Under the pieces are notes generated by a model that did not search any database, was not told the origin of the DNA, and was given only the letters and a program-made list of their open reading frames with translations. A stretch of DNA of 64,000 bases, from the NCBI GenBank assembly GCA_033442325.1, contig JAWQFM010000003.1, positions 160,724 through 224,723 of the forward strand, given 5' to 3'. Positions 30,136 through 41,382 of the stretch are shown here, in pieces; within the stretch, counting starts at the first letter, position 1; every line of letters begins with the position of its first letter. The translations under genes and the position numbers were made by a program. Source of the DNA: Salpingoeca rosetta (Eukaryota; Protista; Choanoflagellata).

Positions 30136-32330
30136 TACTCGCACAACACCAAGCCGTCCGGGCGCGCATACATGCAGCGCCATCGGGCAACACACAACAG
30201 CACACAAGGCACGCGCACCGAGCCTGTCTTTTCAAACGCGTAAGTTGAGGCGTAGAAGCCAAAGAAGAAGCAAGCGACGAGAGTGGCCAGCACGTTGATG
30301 GCGACGGTGAACTGGCGCTGCACCTCCCGCACTGATGTCAAGAGAGGACGTGGAGACACAAGTGAGAGGATATGGAGACACAAGTGAGAGGACGTGGAGA
30401 CACAAGTGAGAGGATGTGGGGACACAAGTGAGAGGACGTGGAGACACAAGTGAGATGGTATCAAGACACAAGTGAGATGATATCAAGACACAAGTGAGAG
30501 GATGTGGAGACACAAGTGAGAGGATGTGGGGACACAAGTGAGATGATATCAAGACACAAGTGAGAGGATGTGGAGACACAAGTGAGAGGATGTGGGGACA
30601 CAAGTGAGATGATATCAAGACACAAGTGAGAGGATGTGGAGACACAAGTGAGATGATATCAAGACACAAGTGAGATCAAGACACAAGTGAGAGGATGTGG
30701 AGACACAAGTGACACACACAGAGGACGGCAAATGGGGCCATGTACGCAATAAGATCGTTCGTGCATGTGTATGTGTTAGTGGGTGGGTGTCAGTAGGCGG
30801 CACGGGTTGGATGAAAGATATCGCAACAGCGACTTGGCATCACCTTCCATCGGGCTGGTGTCAAAGTCCCTCTGTCATTGCCAAAGGAGCAGATGATCAA
30901 ACATGTGAACCACGATTCAAGAGACTTCGCAGTGCGCCACAGAAACACGACAGGTAACGCAAGCAACGCAAGCAACCAGAGAACATACACACGCGCACAC
31001 GCGCAATCGATCAAAAACAAGCATACACAGGCACGGCGACTGACCTTTGGCTCGAGGTCCTTGACCATCTTGTTGTACTCGAGATTTGCAATGTGCGCCT
31101 TCAACTTCTTACGGCGCTCCACAAGCTCCGGTGACTGAGATGCAGTTGAGAGGATGCAGAATGTGGTTGAACGAGGACGGTGGGTCAGTTGTGACGGGTA
31201 CAAGAGGAGAGGGAGGAAGGGATGGAAGGGATGGAAGGAAGAGAGGGAGGGAGGGAGCCGATGATAAGGTACAGCCGACACGCAACAACGTGCACGCCAT
31301 TGTGTTCACGACGCACATCTGCACACACGCATTCACACGCATTCACACACGCGTTCACACACGCATTCACACAAGCATTCACAGGCGCATGCGCCCACCG
31401 GCTCGGGTTCGATGAGGGGTTGGCGGACAATCTGGGAACGGCGCATGAGGCGATGCATGCGTGGGGCTTTCTCCCCGCCTGCCATCATTGGATGAGGGTG
31501 AGCATGGACTCAAGCCGTACGTATCATCACATCATCAGAGGGCACGTCAGCACGAGATGGACCGGCGTATGCACAAATGCATGCCTGTAAGGTGTTAAAA
31601 AAAAGCACACAACAGCACACAACAAACAACAAACACACACACGCGCGCATACAACATACACACACACACCGAAAACGAAGACATGCAAGCAAAGCCATAC
31701 AACACACAAACAAAACCTACATGCGCGCACACGAGCCCAAACACACATAGAATTGCCGAACCTGGCTTTTCAAATGCTTCTCGGTATCTGATGACAAGGT
31801 CACGCAGCATGGAGTACTGGATAGCAGAGCTCATGATATCGTCCGGCCTTTTTGGGTGTGAAGGGTCTGGCAAGTGCAACGTTCACGCAACACAATCAGC
31901 ACGCGGAATGACATGAGGGCTCCTGATTGACAACCGCTCAGAGACAACCAGCCACGCACACGCAACAAAACGAAAATACCATCCGTTTGCACACACACAC
32001 ACACGCACACGCACGCACACACACACACACACACACACGCACACACACATACACATACACACACGCACCTGTGATGTGTCGCAATGTTGACTGTTCTTGT
32101 ATGTTGAGGCAGAAGACGGGCTTGGTGTCGCCTTGGGAGCTCTGACGCTGGTTGCACTCCAAGCACTTTGTGGCGAAATCGCGCATGGCGGGCGTCACAC
32201 TCACAAGGACAGGCTCATCGCTCGTCCCCGCTGTGGTGCGGAAGGCTCGTGGCCGCAGCTGTATCCTGTGCCTGATCTCGCCTGCCAGCTTGATGGCCTG
32301 CTCCTCATCCACGTACCGCTCGCGCCCCAT
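29684..32330 (-). CDS. TMEM199: V-ATPase assembly factor TMEM199/Vma12, multi-exon including a 28-nt micro-exon at 30844-30871
   Basis: Spliced product …EPEP|SPELVERRKKLKAHIANLEYNKMVKDLEPK|RDFDTSPME|VREVQRQFTVAINVLATLVACFFFGFYASTYAFEKTGS|RVLFGIACAVVAGVAELWFLLR matches Vma12/TMEM199 (two C-terminal TM helices). The start codon could be 32330 or 32342. Confidence 0.85.
30342..30712. repeat. 22-bp intronic minisatellite, ~16 copies: constant gacacaagtgaga plus a 9-bp variable segment
   Basis: Units start every 22 bp from 30355. Variants include ggatgtgga, ggatgtggg, ggacgtgga and tgatatcaa. One truncated 17-bp unit at 30663. Confidence 0.95.
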
Positions 32331-32475
32331 TGTGGTTTGCATGCGTTTTGGTTGTGCCAGACGAAAAATAGCAACATTTTCCACATATTATCGGCAGCTT
32401 TCAAGGCAGCGAGTCGCTCACGACCCGAACGCAACAGAAAGCAGACATAAAAAGAAAAAAGACAACAGGGCGAAG
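32331..32475. promoter_or_regulatory. Putative very compact bidirectional promoter between TMEM199 and Mis18
   Basis: About 145 bp between divergent ATGs. Inferred from geometry. Confidence 0.45.
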
Positions 32476-32784
32476 ATGCAAGCGGCCAGTGACACCGTTC
32501 GTGATGTGCAACGGGCAGAAGGGGACCACCAGCAACAACAACAGCAGCAGCATGAGGGACAAGGGGAGGAGAGCCAGAAGCCCGTGAATGGAGAGGAGGA
32601 GGAGGAGGAGGAGGACGGCATTGACGCCCCTCTTGTATTTCAGTGCGCAGCGTGTCGTGCTGTTGTTGGTGACTCCTTTGCGTGGGTGTGCTCTGACCAG
32701 GACCTCAACACCATCACCCTTACGGGTAGATGTGTTGTATTGTGTTGTGTTGTGGATGTGGATGTGAATGTGTACTTGGGTGGA

Positions 32785-32847
<63 letters not shown>

Positions 32848-32987
32848 TGGTGGTGGTGGTGTGTGTGGTGGTGTGTNNNNNNNNNNNNNNNNNNNNNNNN
32901 NNNNNNNNNNNNNNNNNNNNNNNNNNNNNNNNNNNNNNNNNNNNNNNNNNNNNNNNNNNNNNNNNNNNNNNNNNNNGTGTAGTAGTG

Positions 32988-33059
<72 letters not shown>

Positions 33060-34122
33060 GGGTGTGGGTGGGTGTATGTGTGGGTGTGTAGCTGCATTTC
33101 CTTGTGTGTGTGTATGTGCAGCTACGTTTACTTGTGTGTGTGCTGATGTGTATAATACTGTTGACACAGGAAGCCCAAGCCTCCGAGCGTGCAAACTCAC
33201 GGTGTCCTTCCCATTCTACTCTAGGCGCTGCACCTGGCGTGAAAATCAATGGTCAACTCGAAACATCAACACAAGGACGGGACTTGGGCAGGTGCGAAGA
33301 ACGACTGTGCTTGTAACTCCAATGCACACTGTGCATCGTGTAGGTGAAGGGCTTTGGTGCGCTGACACTGCGACTTGAAATGACGTGCATCCCGTTCACG
33401 TCTTTGCCCTACAAGTTCGTGATACACACGCACGCACACACACACACACAGCCGCTCACACTCACGCACACCCGCGCTCACTCACTCACACTCACTCACT
33501 CACTCACACTCACTCACTCACACTCACACTCAATCGCAGCACATACGTCACCTTCCAGTGCAGTTGCGGGGCGATATTGGGTCGCGTGTACCAAACAACT
33601 GCACGCCACTTGGATCACATGCGGTATGGCTGAAGCGCTCTGTTCATTTCCCGCCCCATGTTTGGGAAATGCAACCAACCATCAATCGCTCATGTGTAAC
33701 ATAACTCACACATTGTGCTTGTTTTGCCCCCCCCCCTCCCGCGCACACCACTTTCCAGGGATCTGATGACGTTTGACTTGGATGCACTCACCAGGTATGC
33801 CAGCGTGTGTGTGCGCGCGCGATTGTGGATGTGTGGAAGGCAGAGGAAGGGTGATGGACAGCTGTGTCAGCGGAGAGCAATGTGTCATTCTTGCATTGTG
33901 CAATGATTAGCAGTGCTCACTGGACAGCGTGTTGAACGTGGTCACCAGCTACAAGCTTGGATCTGTCGGCGTGTCTGCTGATGAGAATGACGAGCTCACA
34001 TTTCCCAGCGCCATTCGCATGAAGGAGGACATTGGGAAGGTGTGTTTGGGTGTGTGCGTGCATGCGTGTGTGTGTGTGTGTGTCTGTGTGTGTGTCTGTG
34101 TGTGTCTGTGTGTGTGTCTGTG

Positions 34123-34157
<35 letters not shown>

Positions 34158-34452
34158 GCGTGTGTGCGAGGGCTGTTTGGGCGGCTGTCTTTGTGCGGTG
34201 CATCGCTGCTGGTGATTGCGTTAAATTCACCGCCCATTCCACGGTTCTCACTTGCTCCAAAACAACAACAATGCACGGGGCAGATCCAACTGCTGATGAT
34301 CACCCATGACGAAAAGCTGTCTGAGTTGCAGGAGAAAGTCGCACACATGGAGGTGAGACGGCTGGCCGGTCTAATTGCTGCACTTGCTCGCTTTGCCAAG
34401 CACGGTTGACGTTTGCTTTGCACACGCATTAAACGCACACGCACACACACCC

Positions 34453-34513
<61 letters not shown>

Positions 34514-34517
34514 CACA

Positions 34518-34568
<51 letters not shown>

Positions 34569-34693
34569 CACACTCACACACACACACTGGCTTTCTGCTT
34601 ACGCGTGTTCATGTGTGTATTCGACAGCATCAGGCCAGCATACACCAAGAACAGCCGCAAACACGAAGCTCAAAACGCAGTAAACGAAAGTGA
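32476..34693 (+). CDS. MIS18: Centromere priming factor Mis18 (Yippee-Mis18 domain plus C-terminal coiled coil), ~7 exons
   Basis: [20 protein letters not shown]…TITLT|…|[28 protein letters not shown]|[12 protein letters not shown]|SYKLGS follows the fission-yeast/animal Mis18 pattern, then [19 protein letters not shown]. An N-gap lies inside intron 1. Confidence 0.85.
32877..32976. other. Assembly gap (100 N) within a (TG)n intron
   Basis: Run of N flanked by TG repeats. Confidence 1.
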
Positions 34694-34840
34694 CATGACA
34701 TGATGTGACATGAACACTCAACCGCCCTGATGTGATGATTGGGTTTAGCCCATGACACAATAAGCGCACGGTTCGGAATCATCGTCTCAAAAGTATCGCA
34801 CACACGCACGTATGCAGATGCACACACATCGCATCACACG

Positions 34841-34881
<41 letters not shown>

Positions 34882-34884
<3 letters not shown>

Positions 34885-35456
34885 ATGGGGCTTGGGTACA
34901 GCCAGGCGGCGGAGCGTGCGTGTGACGTGTATGTGGCGAGAAGGCGGCGGTTTGAGGCAAGTCTCAAGGCCACCAGTCACGACGCGCATGGTGGCAACCG
35001 CAGCAGTGGGAGTGAGGCAAGCGCCGTCACGGCCGTCAGCGTGCGGGAGCGATCAAGGCAGCGGCACCGCCCAAAGCGCATCTCCGTCACCAGCGCAGGC
35101 AGCGGACCAAGCCCGCCACTGCAGCGGCAGGGCCGGCGGCAAGGCGTGCGGCCTGTTGGTCGGACGCGCAGCAACGGCACGCGGGGGAGAAGCAGCGGAG
35201 GAAGTAACGCCACCAGTCCGTTCTCCCCGCTCACGCCCGGCAGCGGGTCATCCTCGCGGGTGCTGAGCAACTCGCCAAGCCTGGACGATGGTGGCGGCAG
35301 CGGATATGTCGTGGGCCACGGCAGACACAGCCAGGACCTGTGGCGCGTGCCAAGCCAAGATGTCAGCGAGGGGCACGCCACAGCTTCAACTTTCAAACCC
35401 AGCAACACGAACACCAACACCAACAGCACCACCAACACCAGCACCAAAACCAACAC

Positions 35457-35487
<31 letters not shown>

Positions 35488-36192
35488 CATGGCAAGAACA
35501 AGATGGACAGCGTCCCGAACAAGGATGGCCCAGCAAGTGTGTCGACGACGCCCGCCACTTCTCCGAGCTCACCTCGACGCTTTCGAAGGCGATCTTCCAC
35601 CATCTATCCGGTATCTGATGTGTCTGCTGCTGCGTCAAACGCTTCCTCTCCCTCAATGCTGCTAGATACTGCTTCTTTGGGCACAGCGGAACAAGTTAGG
35701 GAGGGTTCCATCTCGGCGCAGGACACAGTGCTTCCAGGTAGCGCAAGCACAGAGCGCGATGGGTCGCCGCAGCCGCAGTCGCAGTTTTATCATGTCGCAA
35801 ATCGGCAGCGCCGCCGAACGTGGTCGCAGGGCGTCACAGTTGCAAATCACAGCAGCCCCAACGACCACCAACACTACCACCACTCCCACCAGTCACACAC
35901 GCAGTCGCAGCACTTTCATCTCCACCACCACCACTACCACTTTGACCACTTTGCATCAGCATCAACGTCGCTCTTTTCAACAGCAACATCAACAGCAGCA
36001 ACAGCAGCAACAGCAGCAACAGCAACGGCGACGTCCGCACAAGGCGGGGCGGGCTTCTCAACAGTCACAGCACCTGCATCCCCATCGCCAACACCAGCCG
36101 CCACCACGACGGTGCCGGTTCGCCTTCGTGCTCGCCGCCCAAGTCGCCGCGCATCGCAGCCAACGCCGCTTTCCCTCATTCCGGAACATTGA
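34882..36192 (+). CDS. Hypothetical low-complexity Ser/Thr/Arg/His-rich protein (436 aa, single exon)
   Basis: Long microsatellite-free ORF with no recognisable domain; multiple RRxS/T motifs. Confidence 0.5.
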
Positions 36193-36681
36193 CGAATATC
36201 TTCCATCAATAATCGAGCCAAATCAAACGCGCAACAACAAGTGTGTGTGTGTGCTTGAGTGTGTGCTTGAGTGTGCTTGAGTGTGTGTGTGTGTGTGTGT
36301 GTGCTTGAGTGTGTGCTTGAGTGTGTGTGTGTGTGCTTGAGTGTGTGTGTGTGTGTGTGTCTGTGTGTGTGTATGAAGCAAGCAAGCAGACTGCTGCATC
36401 CACTGCCCAACTGTGTTGCGTTTGTGATGGTGGTGTCCTTGCGCTCACGTTGCGACCCTGGCTTTGGGGAAATCCTTCCTTCCTCTGCGGTTCTCTGCGA
36501 TGCGCATGTTGCGTGTTGCCCTTGATGGACAGCACCGTTTAGTGGAATTAGTAGACTTGGCAAACGGTTCACGAGCAAGGCACAAAGGCTGCTGATCAAG
36601 GATCAAGGATTGGATTGGATTAGAGGACACTCGGAGGGGCGGAAACAGAGACAGGCTTCACAGCACACCAGCAACAACACC

Positions 36682-37420
36682 ATGGCCGAGGCGCTGACGG
36701 ACGAGCAGGCTTGCGAACGTATCGCAGAGCTGGTGGTTGGCCTACGGGATGCCACGAGCGAAGGCGATGGCCAGGACTGCCGCCTCCTCAAGACAGACGT
36801 TTCTGAACTGCTGCAGGAGGCCAACAACGACACCGAAGCTGTCCTGCGTGCCCTTCTCTTCGATGGCCAGTGAGTGCGTGTCTGTGAGTGAGTGTGTAAA
36901 TGTTGTGTGTGAGTGAGGGTGCAATTGTTGTGTGTGTGTGTGTGTGTGAGTGTGAGTGTGCTGTGCGTGTTGTCGTGCGTGTTGTTGTGACCTTGTGGCC
37001 AATATCACCTTGTGGTGGAGTGCACACCGCTCCCTTTTTTTTTTCTTCTTCTTCTTCTTCTTCTTCTTTTCATTCCCTCCTCGCACCTTTCTCACCCCAT
37101 TCGCCTACGACTCACACTGCAGGGCGCCTGATTTGGAGGAGCGGCTGGTGCAGGAGGATTTGTCGGAGGTCTCCGCGCAGGACTGCGCACGCGGCATGGT
37201 CTACTACGACGAAGAGGACAACCAGCCCGAGAACTCAGAGGCCATTGTCGCCTCCCGCATTGCCGAGGTCCTGGACGTGCTTCGCGCCGTCAGCATCGAT
37301 GGCAAGGGCTACAACTTTGCATATGCCACAGATGTGGCCATGTATACATATGGCTTCCTCACCATCAGCCGCAGTGGCACCGGCATTGGCTGGGCCTGCC
37401 CCGACGCCGTCTGGACTTGA
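36682..37420 (+). CDS. Small acidic protein (~160 aa), 2 exons, resembling the nuclease A inhibitor NuiA family
   Basis: In-frame splice GGCCA|gtgagt…cactgcag|GGCG. Product MAEALTDEQACERIAELVVGLRDATSEGD…NSEAIVASRIAEVLDVLR…YTYGFLTISRSGTGIGWACPDAVWT*. The gene model is solid; the family call is tentative. Confidence 0.6.
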
Positions 37421-37984
37421 TCGGGGCCAACTTGTCGGTGTGTGTGTGCGTGTGTGTGTGTGTATGTGTGTGTATGTGTGCGTGTGTGTGTGTGTGTCTG
37501 TGTCTGTGTCTGTGCCTGTGTGTGTGTGTGTCTTCCTGCCTGCCTGTCTGACTGAATGTGTGCCAACAATCCGCTTGGGCCTCCACCCCCTGCCTGCCTG
37601 TCTGTCTCGCCCCTGAGCCAACTTATTTCCCCCTTCCTCCGATCATCAACTTCCCCACAACCCTGCCCCCATGTTCCCTTCTTGCCTGTGTTGCAGTCCT
37701 GTTACTCTTTTCTCCCTCTGTCTGCATCGTTGCGCTCTTTGCCTTGAGTTACATTACACACAAACGTTGCGTTGGTGTATTGCAAATGAACTGAACTGGA
37801 ATGGAGGTGGGATGATGGACAAGGATCGTAAATGTGTGCCATGGCACTCGGGAATGGCAGCCCTTCACAACAGTGGTGGAGGAGACACAACGAGACATGG
37901 AAGCAATGAACAACCAGGTTGGCTGACAAAGGAAGGAACAACTAATAAACAAGACAGCCCAACCAACTAGCACAAGCTGCCAAA

Positions 37985-38056
<72 letters not shown>

Positions 38057-38058
38057 CT

Positions 38059-39522
38059 TCAGTGTGAGCGGAAAAACGCCTCCAGTTCATCATCTGCATC
38101 AACACCGGTTGCAATGCTCATGACATCCTCGTACTCGTCCTCGTCATCTTCGTCCCCGCCGCCGTTGGTAGGCGTTTGCGCCCCGCTCTTCCACGTGGAC
38201 ACGAGGTCGGCGTGCCGCTGTGCGGGCTGCCTGCGCGATGTGCGCGAGTTGGGGCGAGACCTGTTGCGTCGCTTCGGGCCAACGCCAACCCCGCCATACA
38301 CGCTGTCGGCAATAAAATCGTCGTCGTCCTCGTCATCGTTTGCCGTGGTGTCGTCGTCGCTGATGGGGACGGCCCGCCGCTGTCGTGGATCTCGGGTGTG
38401 TGAGGTGCCAGCCCCGCCGCTGGGCTTCTTCCGCTGCGTCTTCAGCAGCGAGCTGAGCCCGCCGCTTTGCATGGACGCGTGCTGTTTGTCGTTGTCGTCG
38501 TCCTCACCGAAGCCCATCTCCTCTGCGTCGTGCTCATTCAAGCGCAAGGTGGCGTGCGGGTCGTGGATGCGGCGCAGCGTGGCGTTGTGCAGGGCGGTGG
38601 TGAAGCGAACCGCGTTGCCGGCCGTGCTCCACAGGCCCGCCGCACCCCGCTTCGGCGCCACCACGGTAGCCGTGCTGCCGCTGTTGCTGATGGTCGCGCC
38701 ACAGTTGGGGCAATGAACAATGGGGTTGCACATGGAGGGTGCGCCAACGCTGGACTGCCGGCGGCCGCGAGCACCGCCACCAGTCACCATGGCGGCATCG
38801 CCGCCGCTACCACTGTCAGTGTCTGCCGCTGCGTCTTCCTCAGCAGCATCTGTGGACTCGCCTTCGCCCTCCGACAGCATGGCCAGCGCCTGTCGCGTCA
38901 CCTCCATGTCCCTGCCTTTCCCTTGCTGCACTTCCTTTGGGCTGTGATGAGTCTCGGTCTCCGAACGCGCCGCGTCAGCGGCCGCATCGGCGCTGGCGTC
39001 GTCGCCGTGCTCGGATGACGTGTCGCTGGCAGCATCCGCGTTGTTGCCCTTTTGCGTTTTGGATGATAGCGGGGGCGCCTCCTCTTCCTCCAGCATCTCC
39101 GCCAGGGCCGCAGCGTTTGTGCCTCGCTGTACTGCCTGTGTGGGATCCATAGCATTGTCGCGCTCATCCTCGTTGCTGTCGTTGTCGTTGTCGTTGTCCA
39201 GGTGCAGCCCCGTGGGGCGCTTTTTCAGGCGGCTGGCTTTCGAGGACGGCTTGCTGCTGCCTGATGGCGTGGATCTGCCGCTTCCCTGGCGCGCAGAACG
39301 GCGCAGGCGCCTGGCGACCGCGGACGTTGTCGCCACTGTTGCTGCTGCTTTTGATAGCTGAGGCGCCGAGGAGCCTTCGCGCTTCTTGAGCAGCTTGGAC
39401 AGTTTCTGGATCAGGAAGTGGATGGGGTCCTTGGGCTTGCTGCGAAGCATGGCCATCATCATGGCCTGGATCAGGTTGTCCAGGTCATGCTTGTCCACAT
39501 ACGCCTTGTCCTCGGGCGTCAT
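38059..39522 (-). CDS. Single-exon 487-aa protein with an N-terminal Dpy-30/RIIa dimerisation-docking domain and a disordered remainder
   Basis: AYVDKHDLDNLIQAMMMAMLRSKPKDPIHFLIQKL fits the Y-x-x-x-H…L…P-x-D-P-x-x-F/Y-L pattern of DD domains. Confidence 0.75.
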   Translation of the reverse strand: MTPEDKAYVDKHDLDNLIQAMMMAMLRSKPKDPIHFLIQKLSKLLKKREGSSAPQLSKAAATVATTSAVARRLRRSARQGSGRSTPSGSSKPSSKASRLKKRPTGLHLDNDNDNDSNEDERDNAMDPTQAVQRGTNAAALAEMLEEEEAPPLSSKTQKGNNADAASDTSSEHGDDASADAAADAARSETETHHSPKEVQQGKGRDMEVTRQALAMLSEGEGESTDAAEEDAAADTDSGSGGDAAMVTGGGARGRRQSSVGAPSMCNPIVHCPNCGATISNSGSTATVVAPKRGAAGLWSTAGNAVRFTTALHNATLRRIHDPHATLRLNEHDAEEMGFGEDDDNDKQHASMQSGGLSSLLKTQRKKPSGGAGTSHTRDPRQRRAVPISDDDTTANDDEDDDDFIADSVYGGVGVGPKRRNRSRPNSRTSRRQPAQRHADLVSTWKSGAQTPTNGGGDEDDEDEYEDVMSIATGVDADDELEAFFRSH

Positions 39523-40445
39523 CGAGCCCTTGTTGCCTTCTTGGATGGGTGGTTTGTGACGACGCTGTCACTCACCTGGCTTTGCTTGGATGGATGGATG
39601 GATGGATGGATGGATGAGTGTTCTCACTCGCAGTCTTGTTTGCTTGGATGGCAGTTGAGGGTTGTATGTTTTTTCGTGTCGCTTGAGCCTTCGTCGGTTT
39701 CGTCGTTGTCCGGAAACCATGACGTTCTTTTTCAACGACACCCGACAATTATCCGCTGGCTGGCGCTGTTTGTGTTTGGCAAGCAATTTGGAGGAGGAAC
39801 ACAACAACAACACACAACAAGACACAAGACTCAAGCACAGCAAGGTGCTGATGGCAGTGCTGGCGGGTGTCTCGCCTGCTTCTTTGGCTGTTTGTTTGTG
39901 TTTCGAGGTGGCTCCTGGCGGATTCACCTTCCCCCCTTCCTTTTTTGTGCTTTCCCTTCTTCTTCGACTGCTTTGTCGACGCTCACAACCAGACACCACC
40001 ACGCCTTGCAACACGCCACGCCTTGTTTTGTGCATTGCAGTGCGGCAGTCGCGTTTTCCCGCGAAACTTGTGGTTGGAATCGGGGGGTTTGTCGAAACAC
40101 GTTCCCCAACACACATACGCACACACACACAACACATACGCACACACACACACACACTCTCTCTCTCTCTTTTGCTTCGTCTTGTCGAGTGCAGTACAAG
40201 AGGTAAGCGTCCGTGGCGAGTGCCTTGGGTGGGTCAACAACACTGGGCAAGGCCGGTGACTGCATCGGCTTGGCACCAAGCCAAGCAAGATGCACAAACA
40301 TCAGAAGAGAACAACAATGGGGTCGTGTGTGTGTGTGTCGACAACATGTAACATGCTGCTCGTGCTGGTCATAGTCCCTCACGTTGCTCGTTTCTCTTTG
40401 TTGTTCTGTGCGTGCGTGCGTGCGTGCGTGCGTGTGTGAACAGAG

Positions 40446-41000
40446 ATGCTGCACCGCAAGCGCAAGTGCGTCCTCGACGCTGACGGCGTGCCACGCGTTG
40501 TCGCCTGGTGCGTTGAGCTCTGTGTGTGTCTGTGTGTGTGTCTGTGTCTGTGTCTGTGTCTGTGTATGTGTGTCTGTGTGTGTCTGTGTGTGTGTGTGTG
40601 TGTGCGTCTGTCTGTGCGTCTGTCTGTGCGCGTCTGTCTGTCTGTGTCTGCCTGCGCGAACACATACACGTGTGGACGTGCTGAGGCTGATGTGCTGACA
40701 ATCATGCGGGACGCTCGTTGGTGCGTTCAACAGTGGTCGAAAGCCCAAGCCGCGCTGGGTGAAACGACGGCGCCTGTTATTGGCATCTGGCGTTGTCCTC
40801 CTCTCCTTGGTGGCGTATCCTATCATCAACCCAGGCTCGTTTGGTGTCGATGTGCCCTCTGTCATCTTCGACACTGCACGCACCAAGCCTCTTCATCTCA
40901 AAGCAGTCGCCGACTCAGCCAGCGTGCGTGCTGTGTGTCAGTGTGGCTGTGGTGTGTGTCAGTGTGTGTGTGTGTGTGTGTTTGCGTGTGTGTGTGTGTT

Positions 41001-41067
<67 letters not shown>

Positions 41068-41345
41068 TGTTACGTTTGCATGATACGTTGTTCGACACTG
41101 GTCGAATTCTCATGCCGTTTCCTCACCCACTTACTCACTCACTCTCTCACTCACTCTCTCACTCACTCTCTCACACACACGCACGCAGACAACCCACTGC
41201 AATGGATATGGGCTGCCAGAGGACCCGTTTTTCTTCAGGTACTAGACTTGCGCGAATATCTGTGCTGACAAGGCGTGCGTAGCTTGCATGTTTGCTTTGG
41301 GACAGTTCCTGCCATAGATGATGGTCACAACCACATACACACTCA

Positions 41346-41382
<37 letters not shown>

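Noticed and set aside
30342-30712. CRISPR-like array (constant repeat plus variable spacer)
   Set aside because: The repeat is only 13 bp, the 9-bp variable parts recur rather than being unique, there are no cas genes, and it lies in a eukaryotic intron. It is a minisatellite.
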